From positions 2,130 through 66,129 of the forward strand of contig CACENB010000001.1 in NCBI GenBank assembly GCA_902561015.1: a stretch of DNA of 64,000 bases. Direction: 5' to 3'. The stretch is from an uncultured Pelagibacteraceae bacterium (GTDB lineage: Bacteria > Pseudomonadota > Alphaproteobacteria > Pelagibacterales > Pelagibacteraceae). Numbering within the stretch: the first letter of the stretch is position 1; each line of letters starts with the position of its first letter. Below, piece by piece: positions 28,605 through 39,030 of this stretch. Both the position numbers and the translations under genes were made by a program. The notes below the pieces were generated by a model. That model was not told where the DNA came from. It was given only the letters and a program-made list of their open reading frames with translations, and did not search any database.

Positions 28605-28997
28605 TTATTTAATTTCATTTTGATCCTCAAGTCGTGCTTCAATTGTTTCAGTAGTCAAAACAATGTGAGAATTATTATTAAAAATAAGATTTATTTCATA
28701 ATCATCCTTATTTTTCAAATAATCAATTCCTATCAATTCTAAGACTAAATCTTTGTTTGATTGATTGATATTTTTTGATTTTACTTTATCAACAAAATCA
28801 AACCTGCAAATACTATTGATTTTTTTTCGATCTTGTCCTGTTTCAATAAGACTTCTCTCAATTGATAGTAAAAAAACCTTATTAGAGGAAAGGTACTTAA
28901 TATCAGAAATTTTTACTTTTGCCCCCGAACTGCAAGCAGAAATCATTTGTAGGCCTTCTTGATCGTTTGCTATTATTTTTGCTAAATATTTATTCAC
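28605..28997 (-). CDS. DUF2948-like protein
   Basis: DQEGLQMISAC N-terminus and murA-X-hisD synteny typical of Alphaproteobacteria. Confidence 0.75.
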   Translation of the reverse strand: MNKYLAKIIANDQEGLQMISACSSGAKVKISDIKYLSSNKVFLLSIERSLIETGQDRKKINSICRFDFVDKVKSKNINQSNKDLVLELIGIDYLKNKDDYEINLIFNNNSHIVLTTETIEARLEDQNEIK

Positions 28998-30256
28998 TTT
29001 CTAAGTCTTCTTATTTTAACACCAATTTTTTTTAATTTTCTTTCTAAATTTTCATATCCTCTATCTAGATGATAAATTCTATTAATAGAGGATTTACCAT
29101 TTGAAATCATCGCTGCTAAAACAAGTGCAACTGACGCCCTTAAATCGCTAGACATTAATTCAGCACCAATAAATTTTGTATTTCCTTGAATTAACGCTTT
29201 ATTTTTTTTAATTTGTATATTTGCGCCGAGTCTTTGAAGCTCTCCAACGTGAAGAAATCTGTTTTCAAAAATATTTTCAGTAATTGAGCTTGTGCCATCT
29301 GCTTTACACATTAAGACCATTAATTGTGATTGCATGTCAGTTGCTACACCTGGCCACTCTCTTGTCTTAATATTTTTTATCGGTTTTATCTTTTTGGGTC
29401 CAATTATCTTAATCTTATTGTTGTCAATTTTTATTTTCGCCCCAGCTTTCTTTAATAACTCAAGCTCTGCTCTAATTATACTATGGTTAAAATCTTTAAT
29501 TTCAAGATCCCCTTTGGTGAGAGTGGCAGCTACACAAAAAGTACCTGCCTCTATTCTGTCAGCCATAACTGTATACTCAGTCTGATTTAATGAATCAGTA
29601 CCAAGAATCTTACATGTTCTCCCAAACCATTTGATTTTTGCACCTGCTGAGTTTAGAAAATTTGTAAGATCTTTAATCTCAGGTTCTATAGCGCAATTGT
29701 TCAAAACGGTTTTGCCTTTTGCTAAGCATGCTGCAATAATTGAATTTTCTGTAGCACCAACGCTTATTTTAGGAAACTTTATGATATTACCTTTAAGTCT
29801 TCCGTTGGTCTTGGCGAAAATATATCCATCTTTGATTTTATAATCCATGCCAAGTTTTTTTAATGCTGAAAGATGATAATTCACAGGTCTAGCGCCTATC
29901 AAACATCCTCCAGGTAAAGAAGTTTTAGATTTATGAAATTTTGAAATCAATGGACCTAAAACTAAAATTGATCCTCTCATCGTTTTCACAAGTGAATAAC
30001 TTGCAAAAGTTTTCATCTTTTTTTTATTAATAATTTTTACAGTTTTTTTGTCTTTAGATAAAATTATTCGCGATCCAAGAGACTTTAATAAATTAAGCAT
30101 AGTCTTTATATCTCTTACTCGTGGTAGATTTTTAATAATTACCGGCTTATCAAATAGTAGGGTAGCTGCAAGAATTGGTAAAGATGCATTTTTTGATCCT
30201 GAAATTGAGACTTTACCCTTAACTCTACAAGGGCCATTAATCAGAAATTTATCCAT
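28994..30256 (-). CDS. murA: UDP-N-acetylglucosamine enolpyruvyl transferase
   Basis: GSKNASLP, LPGGCLIGARPV, SVGATEN, DRIEAGT, HLDRGY. Confidence 0.98.
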   Translation of the reverse strand: MDKFLINGPCRVKGKVSISGSKNASLPILAATLLFDKPVIIKNLPRVRDIKTMLNLLKSLGSRIILSKDKKTVKIINKKKMKTFASYSLVKTMRGSILVLGPLISKFHKSKTSLPGGCLIGARPVNYHLSALKKLGMDYKIKDGYIFAKTNGRLKGNIIKFPKISVGATENSIIAACLAKGKTVLNNCAIEPEIKDLTNFLNSAGAKIKWFGRTCKILGTDSLNQTEYTVMADRIEAGTFCVAATLTKGDLEIKDFNHSIIRAELELLKKAGAKIKIDNNKIKIIGPKKIKPIKNIKTREWPGVATDMQSQLMVLMCKADGTSSITENIFENRFLHVGELQRLGANIQIKKNKALIQGNTKFIGAELMSSDLRASVALVLAAMISNGKSSINRIYHLDRGYENLERKLKKIGVKIRRLRK

Positions 30257-30259
30257 AAA

Positions 30260-30820
30260 TCACTTTTTTATTTTGGCAACCTGTATAGTAGTTTGTCCCT
30301 GATATTTACCGTTTTTTGATTTGTAAGTTGTCTCTGGTTGTGTATCAGATTTAAAAAATAAAAATTGAGCTATTCCTTCATTTGAATAAATTTTGGCAGG
30401 GTTGGGAGTTGTATTGCTTAACTCAATAACGATATTACCTTCAAACTCATTTTCAATTGGTGTAACATTGCATATAATCCCAGTGCGGGCGTATGTGCTT
30501 TTACCAACACAAATACAAAGCACATCTTTTGGTATTCTGAAATACTCAATAGTTTTCGCCAAAACAAATGAATTTGGTGGAATAATACAATATGGTCCTT
30601 TTCTCTCTATAAAGTTTTCATCAGAAAAGTTTTTTGGATCAACTAGAGAGCTGTTTACATTGGTGAATATCCTATATTCATCAGATATTCTTACATCATA
30701 CCCCATGCTACTTAATCCATAGGATATTTTTCCTTCAGACACTTGATGATCTAAAAATGGCTCAATCATATTGTGTTCTTCACACATTTTTTTAATCCAA
30801 GTATCAGGCTGTATTGACAT
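30260..30820 (-). CDS. dcd: dCTP deaminase
   Basis: [32 protein letters not shown]. Confidence 0.96.
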   Translation of the reverse strand: MSIQPDTWIKKMCEEHNMIEPFLDHQVSEGKISYGLSSMGYDVRISDEYRIFTNVNSSLVDPKNFSDENFIERKGPYCIIPPNSFVLAKTIEYFRIPKDVLCICVGKSTYARTGIICNVTPIENEFEGNIVIELSNTTPNPAKIYSNEGIAQFLFFKSDTQPETTYKSKNGKYQGQTTIQVAKIKK

Positions 30821-30920
30821 TATTTTGTTTTTTTTTATTTTTTTTTTGAAAAACTTTTCTCTTTTTTAAATTTTTTTTAAGCGCAAGACTTAAACGCTCA
30901 TCTTTATTTTTTGCAATCAT
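30804..30920 (-). CDS. Putative 38-aa basic small protein (not in ORF track)
   Basis: [38 protein letters not shown]; ATGA overlap with the upstream ORF and overlap with the dcd start. Confidence 0.65.
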   Translation of the reverse strand: MIAKNKDERLSLALKKNLKKRKVFQKKNKKKQNNVNTA

Positions 30921-31117
30921 TCTTTGTTTGGATTTGTGAGGAAATCTAAAGTTATTGGTTTTGATGTATCCAAAACTTTGTTTTTATTATCGTCTTTTTT
31001 AGGTCCTTCCTTTGCTAATCTTTTAGCTTTTTTTTCTGCAAGCTTTTTTTCTCTTTTAGCTTGCTTTTCCATAAGCTTAGCGCTCTTTGTTGATTTATAA
31101 TCGTAATGAATCCCCAT
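30917..31117 (-). CDS. Small lysine-rich hypothetical protein (66 aa)
   Basis: AGGA RBS upstream, co-oriented with dcd-murA, coupled to the next ORF. Confidence 0.75.
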   Translation of the reverse strand: MGIHYDYKSTKSAKLMEKQAKREKKLAEKKAKRLAKEGPKKDDNKNKVLDTSKPITLDFLTNPNKE

Positions 31118-31217
31118 AATTTTTCCTGAATAAGATATAAATCATATTAATCAAAAAATTAAGGCAATAATTTGAAAAAAATGCTTTATTATCGATGTAA
31201 TTAGATTTGATTTAACT

Positions 31218-31291
31218 GCTCCTATAGTTAAATGGTATAACGTGTCCATGGTAAGGATAAATTTCAAGTTCGATTCTTGATGGGAGCACCA
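31218..31291 (+). tRNA. tRNA-Thr (GGT)
   Basis: GCTCCTA/TGGGAGC-A-CCA, anticodon arm TGTCC-ATGGTAA-GGATA, T loop TTCGATT. Confidence 0.95.
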
Positions 31292-32017
31292 CTAATTTTT
31301 ATAAAAAGATTTTCTTAAAAAAATTGTTGTTAAAACTAATGTAAAAAAAACTAAAATTGGAATATATATTTCTGGCGAAAAAATTATTTCCTTAATTTCG
31401 GGTAATTCTGAATTTTGGTCTATTATTTTCTCTAATCCACTACCTACAGAAACTACTAAAAAGATTTGAGGTACAATACCTATTAAAGATGCAAAGAAAA
31501 AATTTCTTGTTTTTACATTAAAAATTGTAGGTAAGATACAACTAAGCTGCCAAGGTATGCCTCCAATAAATCTATAAATTAACAAATAATAAAATTCTGA
31601 ATCTTTAAATTTTCTCTCAAGGTTTTCATATTTATTTAAAAATTTTTCCCTTACTAAATCTTTAAGAAAATAATTACCAAATATATAAAGAAACGTTGCA
31701 CCCAAACTTAAACCTATTACAACAATAATTGTTCCTAACCACTTCCCAAACAAAAATCCCCCAAGTAAAGCGATAGGTGAACCAAATCCTAAAAATGGGA
31801 ATACCCATAATATAGTGAAAATTAAAAAAATTGTTGATAATAAAAGTAAATTAGAATTTTTAAGTTTTTGGAAATACGTTTTATTCTCTTTGATAAAATC
31901 ATAAGAAGTTATTTCTTGAAAACCAAATTTTGAAAAAAATATTAATAAGAAAAGGGATAATAAAATTAAGTAACATAATCCTATAATTATTTTAGTTTTC
32001 TTGGATTTTTCCATCAT
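31292..32017 (-). CDS. VTT/DedA (TVP38/TMEM64) family membrane protein
   Basis: GGFLFG...G, YRFIGGIP, FFFASLIGIVP. Confidence 0.85.
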   Translation of the reverse strand: MMEKSKKTKIIIGLCYLILLSLFLLIFFSKFGFQEITSYDFIKENKTYFQKLKNSNLLLLSTIFLIFTILWVFPFLGFGSPIALLGGFLFGKWLGTIIVVIGLSLGATFLYIFGNYFLKDLVREKFLNKYENLERKFKDSEFYYLLIYRFIGGIPWQLSCILPTIFNVKTRNFFFASLIGIVPQIFLVVSVGSGLEKIIDQNSELPEIKEIIFSPEIYIPILVFFTLVLTTIFLRKSFYKN

Positions 32018-32044
32018 GGTTCATGGTATTTATAAATCTTCTAT

Positions 32045-32073
32045 TTGCTATTTATATATTTAATTATTATAAA
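32045..32073 (+). promoter_or_regulatory. Putative sigma70 promoter of the rpmH operon
   Basis: TTGCTA-N17-TATAAA. Confidence 0.55.
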
Positions 32074-32105
32074 GGGCGAAATTTTATTTAAATTTAACCA
32101 CTTTT

Positions 32106-32264
32106 ATGAAAAGAACATATCAACCCTCTCGAATAAAAAGGAGCCGAACCCATGGTTTTAGATCAAAAATGAAAACTAAGGGAGGTAGAAAACTCATAAA
32201 AAGAAGAAGAGCTAGAGGAAGAAAAAATTTAACAGTATCTTCCACTGTTGGAAGAAGAAAATAA
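32106..32264 (+). CDS. rpmH: 50S ribosomal protein L34 (not in ORF track)
   Basis: [52 protein letters not shown]. Confidence 0.98.
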   Translation: MKRTYQPSRIKRSRTHGFRSKMKTKGGRKLIKRRRARGRKNLTVSSTVGRRK

Positions 32265-32273
32265 AGCCAGCTA

Positions 32274-32615
32274 ATGAAAAGCAAAATTCTTGCTCTTTCA
32301 AAGAATGAAGATTTTAAAGCTTTACTAAAAAAGAAAAAAGTATCTAACAAATATGTAACAATTTTTTTTGGTTATATTAACAAAAAAAATAATCAAAAAC
32401 TTAATATTTCTTTTGTAACTAAGAAGAAGATAGGAAATGCTGTAAAGAGAAACAAAATAAAAAGGAGACTAAGGAATATAATGAATGATGCTGTTAAAGA
32501 AATATCTCTAAAATATCATTATTCATATCTTGTTATTGCCAAGTCAACTATGCTAAATAATGAATTTAAAATTATAAAGGAAACCTTATTTCAGGATTTT
32601 AAAAAAATTAAATAA
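32274..32615 (+). CDS. rnpA: Ribonuclease P protein
   Basis: KKIGNAVKRNKIKRRLR. Confidence 0.97.
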   Translation: MKSKILALSKNEDFKALLKKKKVSNKYVTIFFGYINKKNNQKLNISFVTKKKIGNAVKRNKIKRRLRNIMNDAVKEISLKYHYSYLVIAKSTMLNNEFKIIKETLFQDFKKIK

Positions 32616-32854
32616 TGAACATTTTTACGATTATATTTATTTACTTAATTCAGGGTTACAAATACCTAATTAGCCCATTGCTTGGTAACTCGTGTAGATA
32701 CTTCCCATCTTGTTCTGATTATAGCATTGAAGCATTAAAAACTTTTGGTTTTTTTAAAGGTGGATATTTGAGTTTAAAAAGAATTCTTTCATGCCACCCC
32801 TTTAAAGAGGGTGGAGTTGATCCTATAAAAAAAGAAATGAAAGTTAAAAAATAA
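32615..32854 (+). CDS. yidD: Membrane protein insertion efficiency factor
   Basis: ISP...CRYFPSCS...CHPF..GG.DP. Confidence 0.96.
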   Translation: MNIFTIIFIYLIQGYKYLISPLLGNSCRYFPSCSDYSIEALKTFGFFKGGYLSLKRILSCHPFKEGGVDPIKKEMKVKK

Positions 32855-34533
32855 TGGATTCAAAAAATGTCATAGCTGCAATTGCCTTATCCTCTGCGGT
32901 GATAGTTCTGTATTCTCTATTTTTTGTACCGGAGCAAAAAAATACACAAAAAAACTTAATTGAAAAAGAAAAAATTGAACAAAGTGGCGATGCACCAAGT
33001 TTAGAGCAAAAGGAAACTCAAATTAGAATTTCACGCGATGATGCATTAAAACAAAGTGAAAGAATTCAGTTTGAAAATGATAATATTGTAGGTTCAATAT
33101 CATTAAAAGGTGCATCAATAGATGATTTAACTTTCAAAAAATATAAAGTAACCCTTGATAGTGAGCAAAGAGTAAATTTATTAGGACCAAGAGATATAAA
33201 AGAGGGATATCTTATAGATAGCGGTTTTGTCACATCTGATAAAAATGTTGATGTTCCTGACTCAGATACAATTTGGTCAATAGAAGGTAATAACAAACTC
33301 ACAGACGGATCGCCAATAAGATTAACTTGGACCAACGAGCAGGGTCTAAAATTTGAAAAAATAATATCATTAGATGATAAATATCTTTTTACTATTAAAC
33401 AAAAGGTAATTAACCAAAGTAGCAATAATTATGACTTTTATTCTTACGGACAGATAATAAGAAATGAAATTCCAGAAATTATTGATTTTCTGATTCTTCA
33501 TGAAGGTCTAATAGCAACCTTAGACTCTGAATTAATAGAAGAAGATTATGACGACATTAAAGAAAAAAAATTTACCAAAGTAGCCAATAAAGGGTGGTTA
33601 GGGATAAGTGATAAATATTGGATAACCTCTTTAATACCACCAAAAAACAAAGAGTTCAAAACGACATTTGACTATAAAAATAAATTTAGAGCAAATTTTA
33701 TTTCTACAGATCCTTTGGCATTAAATGAAAAAAGTTCTATTGAAGAGGAAATACAAGTTATTGTAGCAGCTAAAAGAGTAGATGTAATAGATGGATATGC
33801 TGAAAAACTTAATATAGATAAATTTGATTTAGTTATTGATTGGGGATTTTTATACTTCATAACAAAACCTCTTTTTTATGGAATTGATTATTTCTTTAAA
33901 CTGCTTGGAAACTATGGGTTAGCAATTATAGCTATCACTATTTGTATTCGTTTAGTTTTTTTCCCATTGGCCAACTTTTCATTTAAAAGTATGGCCAAAA
34001 TGAAAGTGCTTCAACCAGAAATGGTTCGTCTAAAAGAACTACATAAAAATGATAAGATGAAACTTCAGCAAGAGATGATGGCTCTTTATAAAAAGGAAAA
34101 GGTAAACCCTATGTCAGGTTGTTTGCCAATTCTTGTTCAGATACCCGTTTTTTTCGCATTATATAAAGTTTTGTTCGTCACTATTGAAATGAGACAAATG
34201 CCATTTTATGGGTGGATACATGATTTAAGTGAGAGAGATCCTACAAGTATATTCAATTTTTTTGGTTTATTGCCCTATGATGTTCCAAGTTTCTTAGTTA
34301 TAGGAGCCTGGCCAGTGGCAATGGGAGTTTCAATGTGGGTGCAACAAAAATTAAATCCTGCACCTACTGATCCAGTGCAGGCTAAAATTTTTGCTTTCTT
34401 CCCACTTTTCTTAACTGTAATACTCGCACCATTCCCAAGTGGGCTAGTTATTTACTGGACTGTTAATAATATTTTAACAATGGCTCAGCAAGTATTTATT
34501 ATGAGAAGAACAACAGTCAAAACGGCAACTTAA
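32854..34533 (+). CDS. yidC: Membrane protein insertase YidC
   Basis: DWG, GCLPILVQIPVFFALY, WIHDLS, GLVIYW. Confidence 0.98.
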   Translation: MDSKNVIAAIALSSAVIVLYSLFFVPEQKNTQKNLIEKEKIEQSGDAPSLEQKETQIRISRDDALKQSERIQFENDNIVGSISLKGASIDDLTFKKYKVTLDSEQRVNLLGPRDIKEGYLIDSGFVTSDKNVDVPDSDTIWSIEGNNKLTDGSPIRLTWTNEQGLKFEKIISLDDKYLFTIKQKVINQSSNNYDFYSYGQIIRNEIPEIIDFLILHEGLIATLDSELIEEDYDDIKEKKFTKVANKGWLGISDKYWITSLIPPKNKEFKTTFDYKNKFRANFISTDPLALNEKSSIEEEIQVIVAAKRVDVIDGYAEKLNIDKFDLVIDWGFLYFITKPLFYGIDYFFKLLGNYGLAIIAITICIRLVFFPLANFSFKSMAKMKVLQPEMVRLKELHKNDKMKLQQEMMALYKKEKVNPMSGCLPILVQIPVFFALYKVLFVTIEMRQMPFYGWIHDLSERDPTSIFNFFGLLPYDVPSFLVIGAWPVAMGVSMWVQQKLNPAPTDPVQAKIFAFFPLFLTVILAPFPSGLVIYWTVNNILTMAQQVFIMRRTTVKTAT

Positions 34534-34555
34534 ATTTTTAATTTAAAATAAATCA

Positions 34556-35404
34556 ATGGACTTAAAAAAAATACTTCCTGAAAATGGACCCCCAATAAAT
34601 GAAGTCAATAAATATATAGAAAAATATAAAAATGATTTGATAGTCATTAAATATGGAGGAAATGTTTTAATTGATAGAAATATCTTTGATAATTTTATTA
34701 CTGATTTAAGTATTTTAAATAAATTAGGTCTTTCAATTATAGTGATTCATGGAGGTGGTCCCAGAATTAAAAGAGAATTAGATAAATCTAATATTCAATC
34801 AAAATTTTTAAAAGGGTTAAGAGTCACTGATGAAAAAATAATAAAAATTGTTGAGTCAGTCTTAATAGATTTTAACAATGACATTGTTAGCTCTTTAGAG
34901 AAAAAAAATACCAAAGCAGTCTCAATTCACACTAAAAAAGATAATATTATTCAGGTCTTACCTGAAACAAAAGAACTGGGTTTTGTTGGTCTACCAAATA
35001 AGATTAATAATGATATTTTGTTGGATATAATTCAGCAAAATAAAATACCCGTTGTTTCACCATTAGGCTTAGATAAAAATAATCAAGCACATAATATTAA
35101 TGGTGATACTGCGGCAATGGCTGTTGCCAAATCTGTCAAATCAAGAAGATTACTATTGATGACAAATGTTGATGGTGTTTTAAATAAAGAAAAAAAACTT
35201 ATAGATGAAATATCTTCATCTGAAATATTAGAGATGATAAAAGATGAGACAATTACTGAAGGAATGATACCAAAAATAAATGCTTGTCTAGATGCTGTTA
35301 ACAATGGAGTTGCAGCTGCTGGTATAATTAATGGTACAAAACAACATTCTTGTTTATGGGAAATTTTCTCAGACAAAGGATCAGGTACATTAATAAGAAA
35401 ATGA
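34556..35404 (+). CDS. argB: Acetylglutamate kinase
   Basis: IKYGG, HGGGP, GLRVTD, NINGD, GMIPK. Confidence 0.96.
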   Translation: MDLKKILPENGPPINEVNKYIEKYKNDLIVIKYGGNVLIDRNIFDNFITDLSILNKLGLSIIVIHGGGPRIKRELDKSNIQSKFLKGLRVTDEKIIKIVESVLIDFNNDIVSSLEKKNTKAVSIHTKKDNIIQVLPETKELGFVGLPNKINNDILLDIIQQNKIPVVSPLGLDKNNQAHNINGDTAAMAVAKSVKSRRLLLMTNVDGVLNKEKKLIDEISSSEILEMIKDETITEGMIPKINACLDAVNNGVAAAGIINGTKQHSCLWEIFSDKGSGTLIRK

Positions 35405-36090
35405 GCTTAAAAAAAAAAAAATATCTGCTACTTGATCTTGATGGTGTTTGTTATGGTAAGCACAACAACTATTCTTTAGAGCGTGTATTCGGTCAAGTTT
35501 CAAAGAGGATGACACAATTTATATCTGAAAAACTAAACATTGACAAAGATAAAGCTAAAGAATTACAAACAAATTATTTCTATAAATACAATACTTCATT
35601 AAGAGGATTAATGGTTCATGATGGAATATCACCAGATGAATTTTTATCCTATGTTCATGAAATTGATTTATCATTTATGAAAGAAGATAAAATTATGAGA
35701 AATGAGCTTAAACAATTAGATATGGAAAAATTTATCTTTACTAATGGAAGTGCTGAACATGCTGCTAATATCTTAACTCACCTAGGTGTGTATGATTTAT
35801 TTGGAAGAGATAAGGTTTTTGACATTAAAGATGCTGGTTATGTGCCTAAACCAGAACCAGAAACTTTCGACTTAATGATTAAAAAATTTGGTATAAATCC
35901 AAAAGAGACTATTTACATTGAGGATATAGCTAAAAATTTAAGTATAGGTCACGAACGAGGGTGTACAACTGTTTGGTTAATTAATGATGAACATTTTGGA
36001 AAAATGGATGCAGATAAAGATTTTATTTCACACAAAATTGAAAATCTGTCTTTATTTCTAAAAGAAATAAGGTTATTAAAAAGTAATTAA
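35401..36090 (+). CDS. Pyrimidine 5'-nucleotidase (HAD family)
   Basis: [19 protein letters not shown]; ATGA overlap with argB. Confidence 0.88.
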   Translation: MSLKKKKYLLLDLDGVCYGKHNNYSLERVFGQVSKRMTQFISEKLNIDKDKAKELQTNYFYKYNTSLRGLMVHDGISPDEFLSYVHEIDLSFMKEDKIMRNELKQLDMEKFIFTNGSAEHAANILTHLGVYDLFGRDKVFDIKDAGYVPKPEPETFDLMIKKFGINPKETIYIEDIAKNLSIGHERGCTTVWLINDEHFGKMDADKDFISHKIENLSLFLKEIRLLKSN

Positions 36091-36092
36091 TT

Positions 36093-36920
36093 ATGTCTTT
36101 AGAAAAAATTATCAATGACGCTTGGGAAAATAAAGATCAGGTGAATCCTAATTCGGAACAGTCTTTGAAGGATGCTGTAAATCAAGTAATTGCAAATTTG
36201 GATAATGGTAAATCGAGAGTTGCTGAGAAAATAAATGGAGAATGGGTAACTCATCAGCACCTTAAGAAGGCTATAATGTTAAGTTTTAGAATATACCCAA
36301 TGGAAAATTTAAATGGCCCCTATAGTAGTTGGTATGATAAATCCCATTTATTAAAAGGTAAAACCGCAGGATGGACTAAAGCTGATCATGAAAAAGCAGG
36401 CTTTAGAATGGTTCCGAACTCACCTGTAAGAAAAGGTTCATTTGTTGGAAAAAATGCTGTTTTAATGCCATGTTATGTGAACATTGGAGCATATATTGAC
36501 GAAGGAACAATGATAGATACTTTTGCAAGAGCTGGCAGTTGTTGCCAGATAGGTAAAAATTGCCATATATCTGCGGGTTCGGGTGTTGGTGGAGTTTTAG
36601 AGCCCGCTCAATCTTTACCAACAATCATAGAGGATAATGTTTTTCTTGGAGCGATGTCTGAAGTAGTTGAAGGCGTAATTGTTGGAGAAGGTTCAGTTTT
36701 AAGTATGGGTATGTATATTGGTCAATCAACTAAAATCGTTGATAGAAAAACTGGGGAAATTACTTATGGTAAAATACCACCTTACTCAGTTGTAGTTCCA
36801 GGCTCGATACCTGATAAAAATAATTCTTCTGCACCCTCCTTGTATTGTGCAGTAATAATTAAACAAGTTGACGAAAAAACGAGATCTAAAACTTCTATTA
36901 ACGACCTCTTAAGAGACTAA
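36093..36920 (+). CDS. dapD: Tetrahydrodipicolinate N-succinyltransferase
   Basis: [29 protein letters not shown]. Confidence 0.97.
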   Translation: MSLEKIINDAWENKDQVNPNSEQSLKDAVNQVIANLDNGKSRVAEKINGEWVTHQHLKKAIMLSFRIYPMENLNGPYSSWYDKSHLLKGKTAGWTKADHEKAGFRMVPNSPVRKGSFVGKNAVLMPCYVNIGAYIDEGTMIDTFARAGSCCQIGKNCHISAGSGVGGVLEPAQSLPTIIEDNVFLGAMSEVVEGVIVGEGSVLSMGMYIGQSTKIVDRKTGEITYGKIPPYSVVVPGSIPDKNNSSAPSLYCAVIIKQVDEKTRSKTSINDLLRD

Positions 36921-36922
36921 AA

Positions 36923-38080
36923 ATGAAAACTTTAAATGAGTTAAAATTAGCTAAAGAGCTAATCAGATTTCCTTCCATCACTCCAATAGACGCCGGAGTG
37001 ATGAAATTTTTAGAAAAAAAATTAAAAAAACTTGGTTTCAAAACAAAAATATTGGAATTTAAGGAAAAAGGATTTCATCCTGTAAAAAACCTGTATGCAA
37101 GATTGGGATCTATGAAACCAAATTTTATGTTTGCCGGGCATGTTGATATTGTCCCTCCAGGAAACATTAAGGACTGGACAGTAAATCCATTTAAACCATC
37201 TATCAAAAAAGGTCATTTAATTGGAAGAGGTGCAAATGATATGAAAAGCTCTGTTGCAGCTTTTGTATCTGCTGTGAGCACTTTTTTATCAAAAAATAAA
37301 AAATTCAATGGATCAATAAGTTTACTTATTACAGGTGATGAAGAAGGTGATGCGGTAAATGGTACAAATAAAGTTGTAGAATATTTAAAAAAAAGAAAAG
37401 AGAAAATTAATTTTTGCCTTGTTGGTGAACCAACAAATCCAAATAAATTAGGTGAGATGATAAAGATTGGACGTAGGGGTAGTTTAACTGGTAAATTAAC
37501 TATATTTGGTCAGCAAGGCCATGTTGCATATCCTCATAGAGCTAATAATCCCTCAACTATAATTGTAAAGATTTTAAAAGAATTAAAAGATATTAGATTT
37601 GATAGAGGATCAAAAAACTTCCAACCTACAAACTTAGAGGTTACAAAAATAAATATAAATAATAACGCTGATAATGTTATCCCAGCAATTGCTGAGGCAA
37701 CTTTTAATATTAGGTTTAATAATAAACATACGTCAAATTCTATTAAAATTAGACTTAATAAAATTTTCAAAAGAATAACCAATAAAAATAAATCAAAATT
37801 TAGAATTGATTATAGAGTTTCAGGTGAAGCATTTCTAACAAGGCCAAATGAAACAACTCACATGATACAAAATGTCATAAAAAAAGTTACTAAAATTAAA
37901 CCAAAGTTATCTACTACAGGTGGAACCTCAGATTTAAGGTTTATAAGAAAAATATCACCTGGTCTAGAATTTGGACTTGTTGGAAAAACAATGCATAAAA
38001 TTGATGAAGCCGTGTCTTTAAAAGATTTGAAAAATCTTAAGAAAATTTATGAAAACATTTTGATAAATTATTTTAAATGA
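36923..38080 (+). CDS. dapE: Succinyl-diaminopimelate desuccinylase
   Basis: GHVD, GRGANDMK, DEEG, GRRGS, GGTSD. Confidence 0.97.
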   Translation: MKTLNELKLAKELIRFPSITPIDAGVMKFLEKKLKKLGFKTKILEFKEKGFHPVKNLYARLGSMKPNFMFAGHVDIVPPGNIKDWTVNPFKPSIKKGHLIGRGANDMKSSVAAFVSAVSTFLSKNKKFNGSISLLITGDEEGDAVNGTNKVVEYLKKRKEKINFCLVGEPTNPNKLGEMIKIGRRGSLTGKLTIFGQQGHVAYPHRANNPSTIIVKILKELKDIRFDRGSKNFQPTNLEVTKININNNADNVIPAIAEATFNIRFNNKHTSNSIKIRLNKIFKRITNKNKSKFRIDYRVSGEAFLTRPNETTHMIQNVIKKVTKIKPKLSTTGGTSDLRFIRKISPGLEFGLVGKTMHKIDEAVSLKDLKNLKKIYENILINYFK

Positions 38081-39000
38081 AAACAGCAATCATTAATTCT
38101 GACTCTTATGAAAAACATAATACTGGTGATGGTCATCCTGAACAGCCTAAAAGAGTAATTGCTATTAAAGAAAAATTAAAAAATAGAAAAGACCTAATCT
38201 GGGATAAGCCAGATAATGTACCTGATGATATATTGTCTATGACACATTCAAAAAACTATATAAATAATTTAAAAAATTCTTTTCCCCAAAAGGGCTTTAA
38301 ATTTCTAGATGGCGATACAGTTGTATCACCCGAAAGTAAAAAAGCAGTTTTTGATGCTGCAGGTTCAACAATAAGAGCGATAGATGGGATTGTAAATAAT
38401 GAATTTCAAAATGCATTCTGTTTGGCTAGACCTCCCGGGCACCATGCTGAAAAAAATAAAGCGATGGGATTTTGTTGTATATCAAACGCAGGAGTAGCAA
38501 CAAACTATTTAGTGAAAAAATATAAGTACAATAGAATTGCCTGTGTAGATTTTGATGTCCACTGGGGTAACGGAAATTATGACGTTATGCGTGATAATAA
38601 AAATTCATTATATATTTCAACGCATCAATATCCTTTTTATCCTGGAGGCGGAACGGATAAAGATAAAGGAAACTTTAACAATTCATTAAATATCCCTTTG
38701 CCAGCTGGTACAAACTCAGAAGAATACTTTAATGCATTTGATAGAGTATTAGAAAGATTAGTTCAATATAAACCAGATTTTCTAATATTTTCAGCAGGTT
38801 TTGATGCACACAAAGATGATCCATTAGCTCAATTTCAACTAACTACAAAAGATTTTTATGAGATTACTAGAAGAACATTAACAGCTACCGATAAGTTTAC
38901 TGCAGGTAAGGTTGTTTCAATACTTGAGGGTGGATATGATTTAGATGCTTTAGCTGAAAGTGCTAATGAACATGTAAATGCTTTGGTAGAATTCAATTGA
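38077..39000 (+). CDS. Histone-deacetylase-family Zn-dependent amidohydrolase
   Basis: HPE, RPPGHHA, GFC, DFDVHWGNG, SAGFDAH..DPL, LEGGY. Confidence 0.95.
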   Translation: MKTAIINSDSYEKHNTGDGHPEQPKRVIAIKEKLKNRKDLIWDKPDNVPDDILSMTHSKNYINNLKNSFPQKGFKFLDGDTVVSPESKKAVFDAAGSTIRAIDGIVNNEFQNAFCLARPPGHHAEKNKAMGFCCISNAGVATNYLVKKYKYNRIACVDFDVHWGNGNYDVMRDNKNSLYISTHQYPFYPGGGTDKDKGNFNNSLNIPLPAGTNSEEYFNAFDRVLERLVQYKPDFLIFSAGFDAHKDDPLAQFQLTTKDFYEITRRTLTATDKFTAGKVVSILEGGYDLDALAESANEHVNALVEFN

Positions 39001-39030
39001 TAAATATTTAGTTCATTGTAGGTCACTTTC

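Noticed and set aside
31218-31330. tRNA 3' ends as integration sites
   Set aside because: No duplicated tRNA 3' fragments or foreign genes noticed next to any of the four tRNA 3' ends
32120-32350. 76-aa minus-strand ORF
   Set aside because: Antisense shadow of rpmH and rnpA
35409-35421. Poly-A tract as a phase-variation site
   Set aside because: Long A runs encoding Lys are common throughout this AT-rich window and the frame is intact
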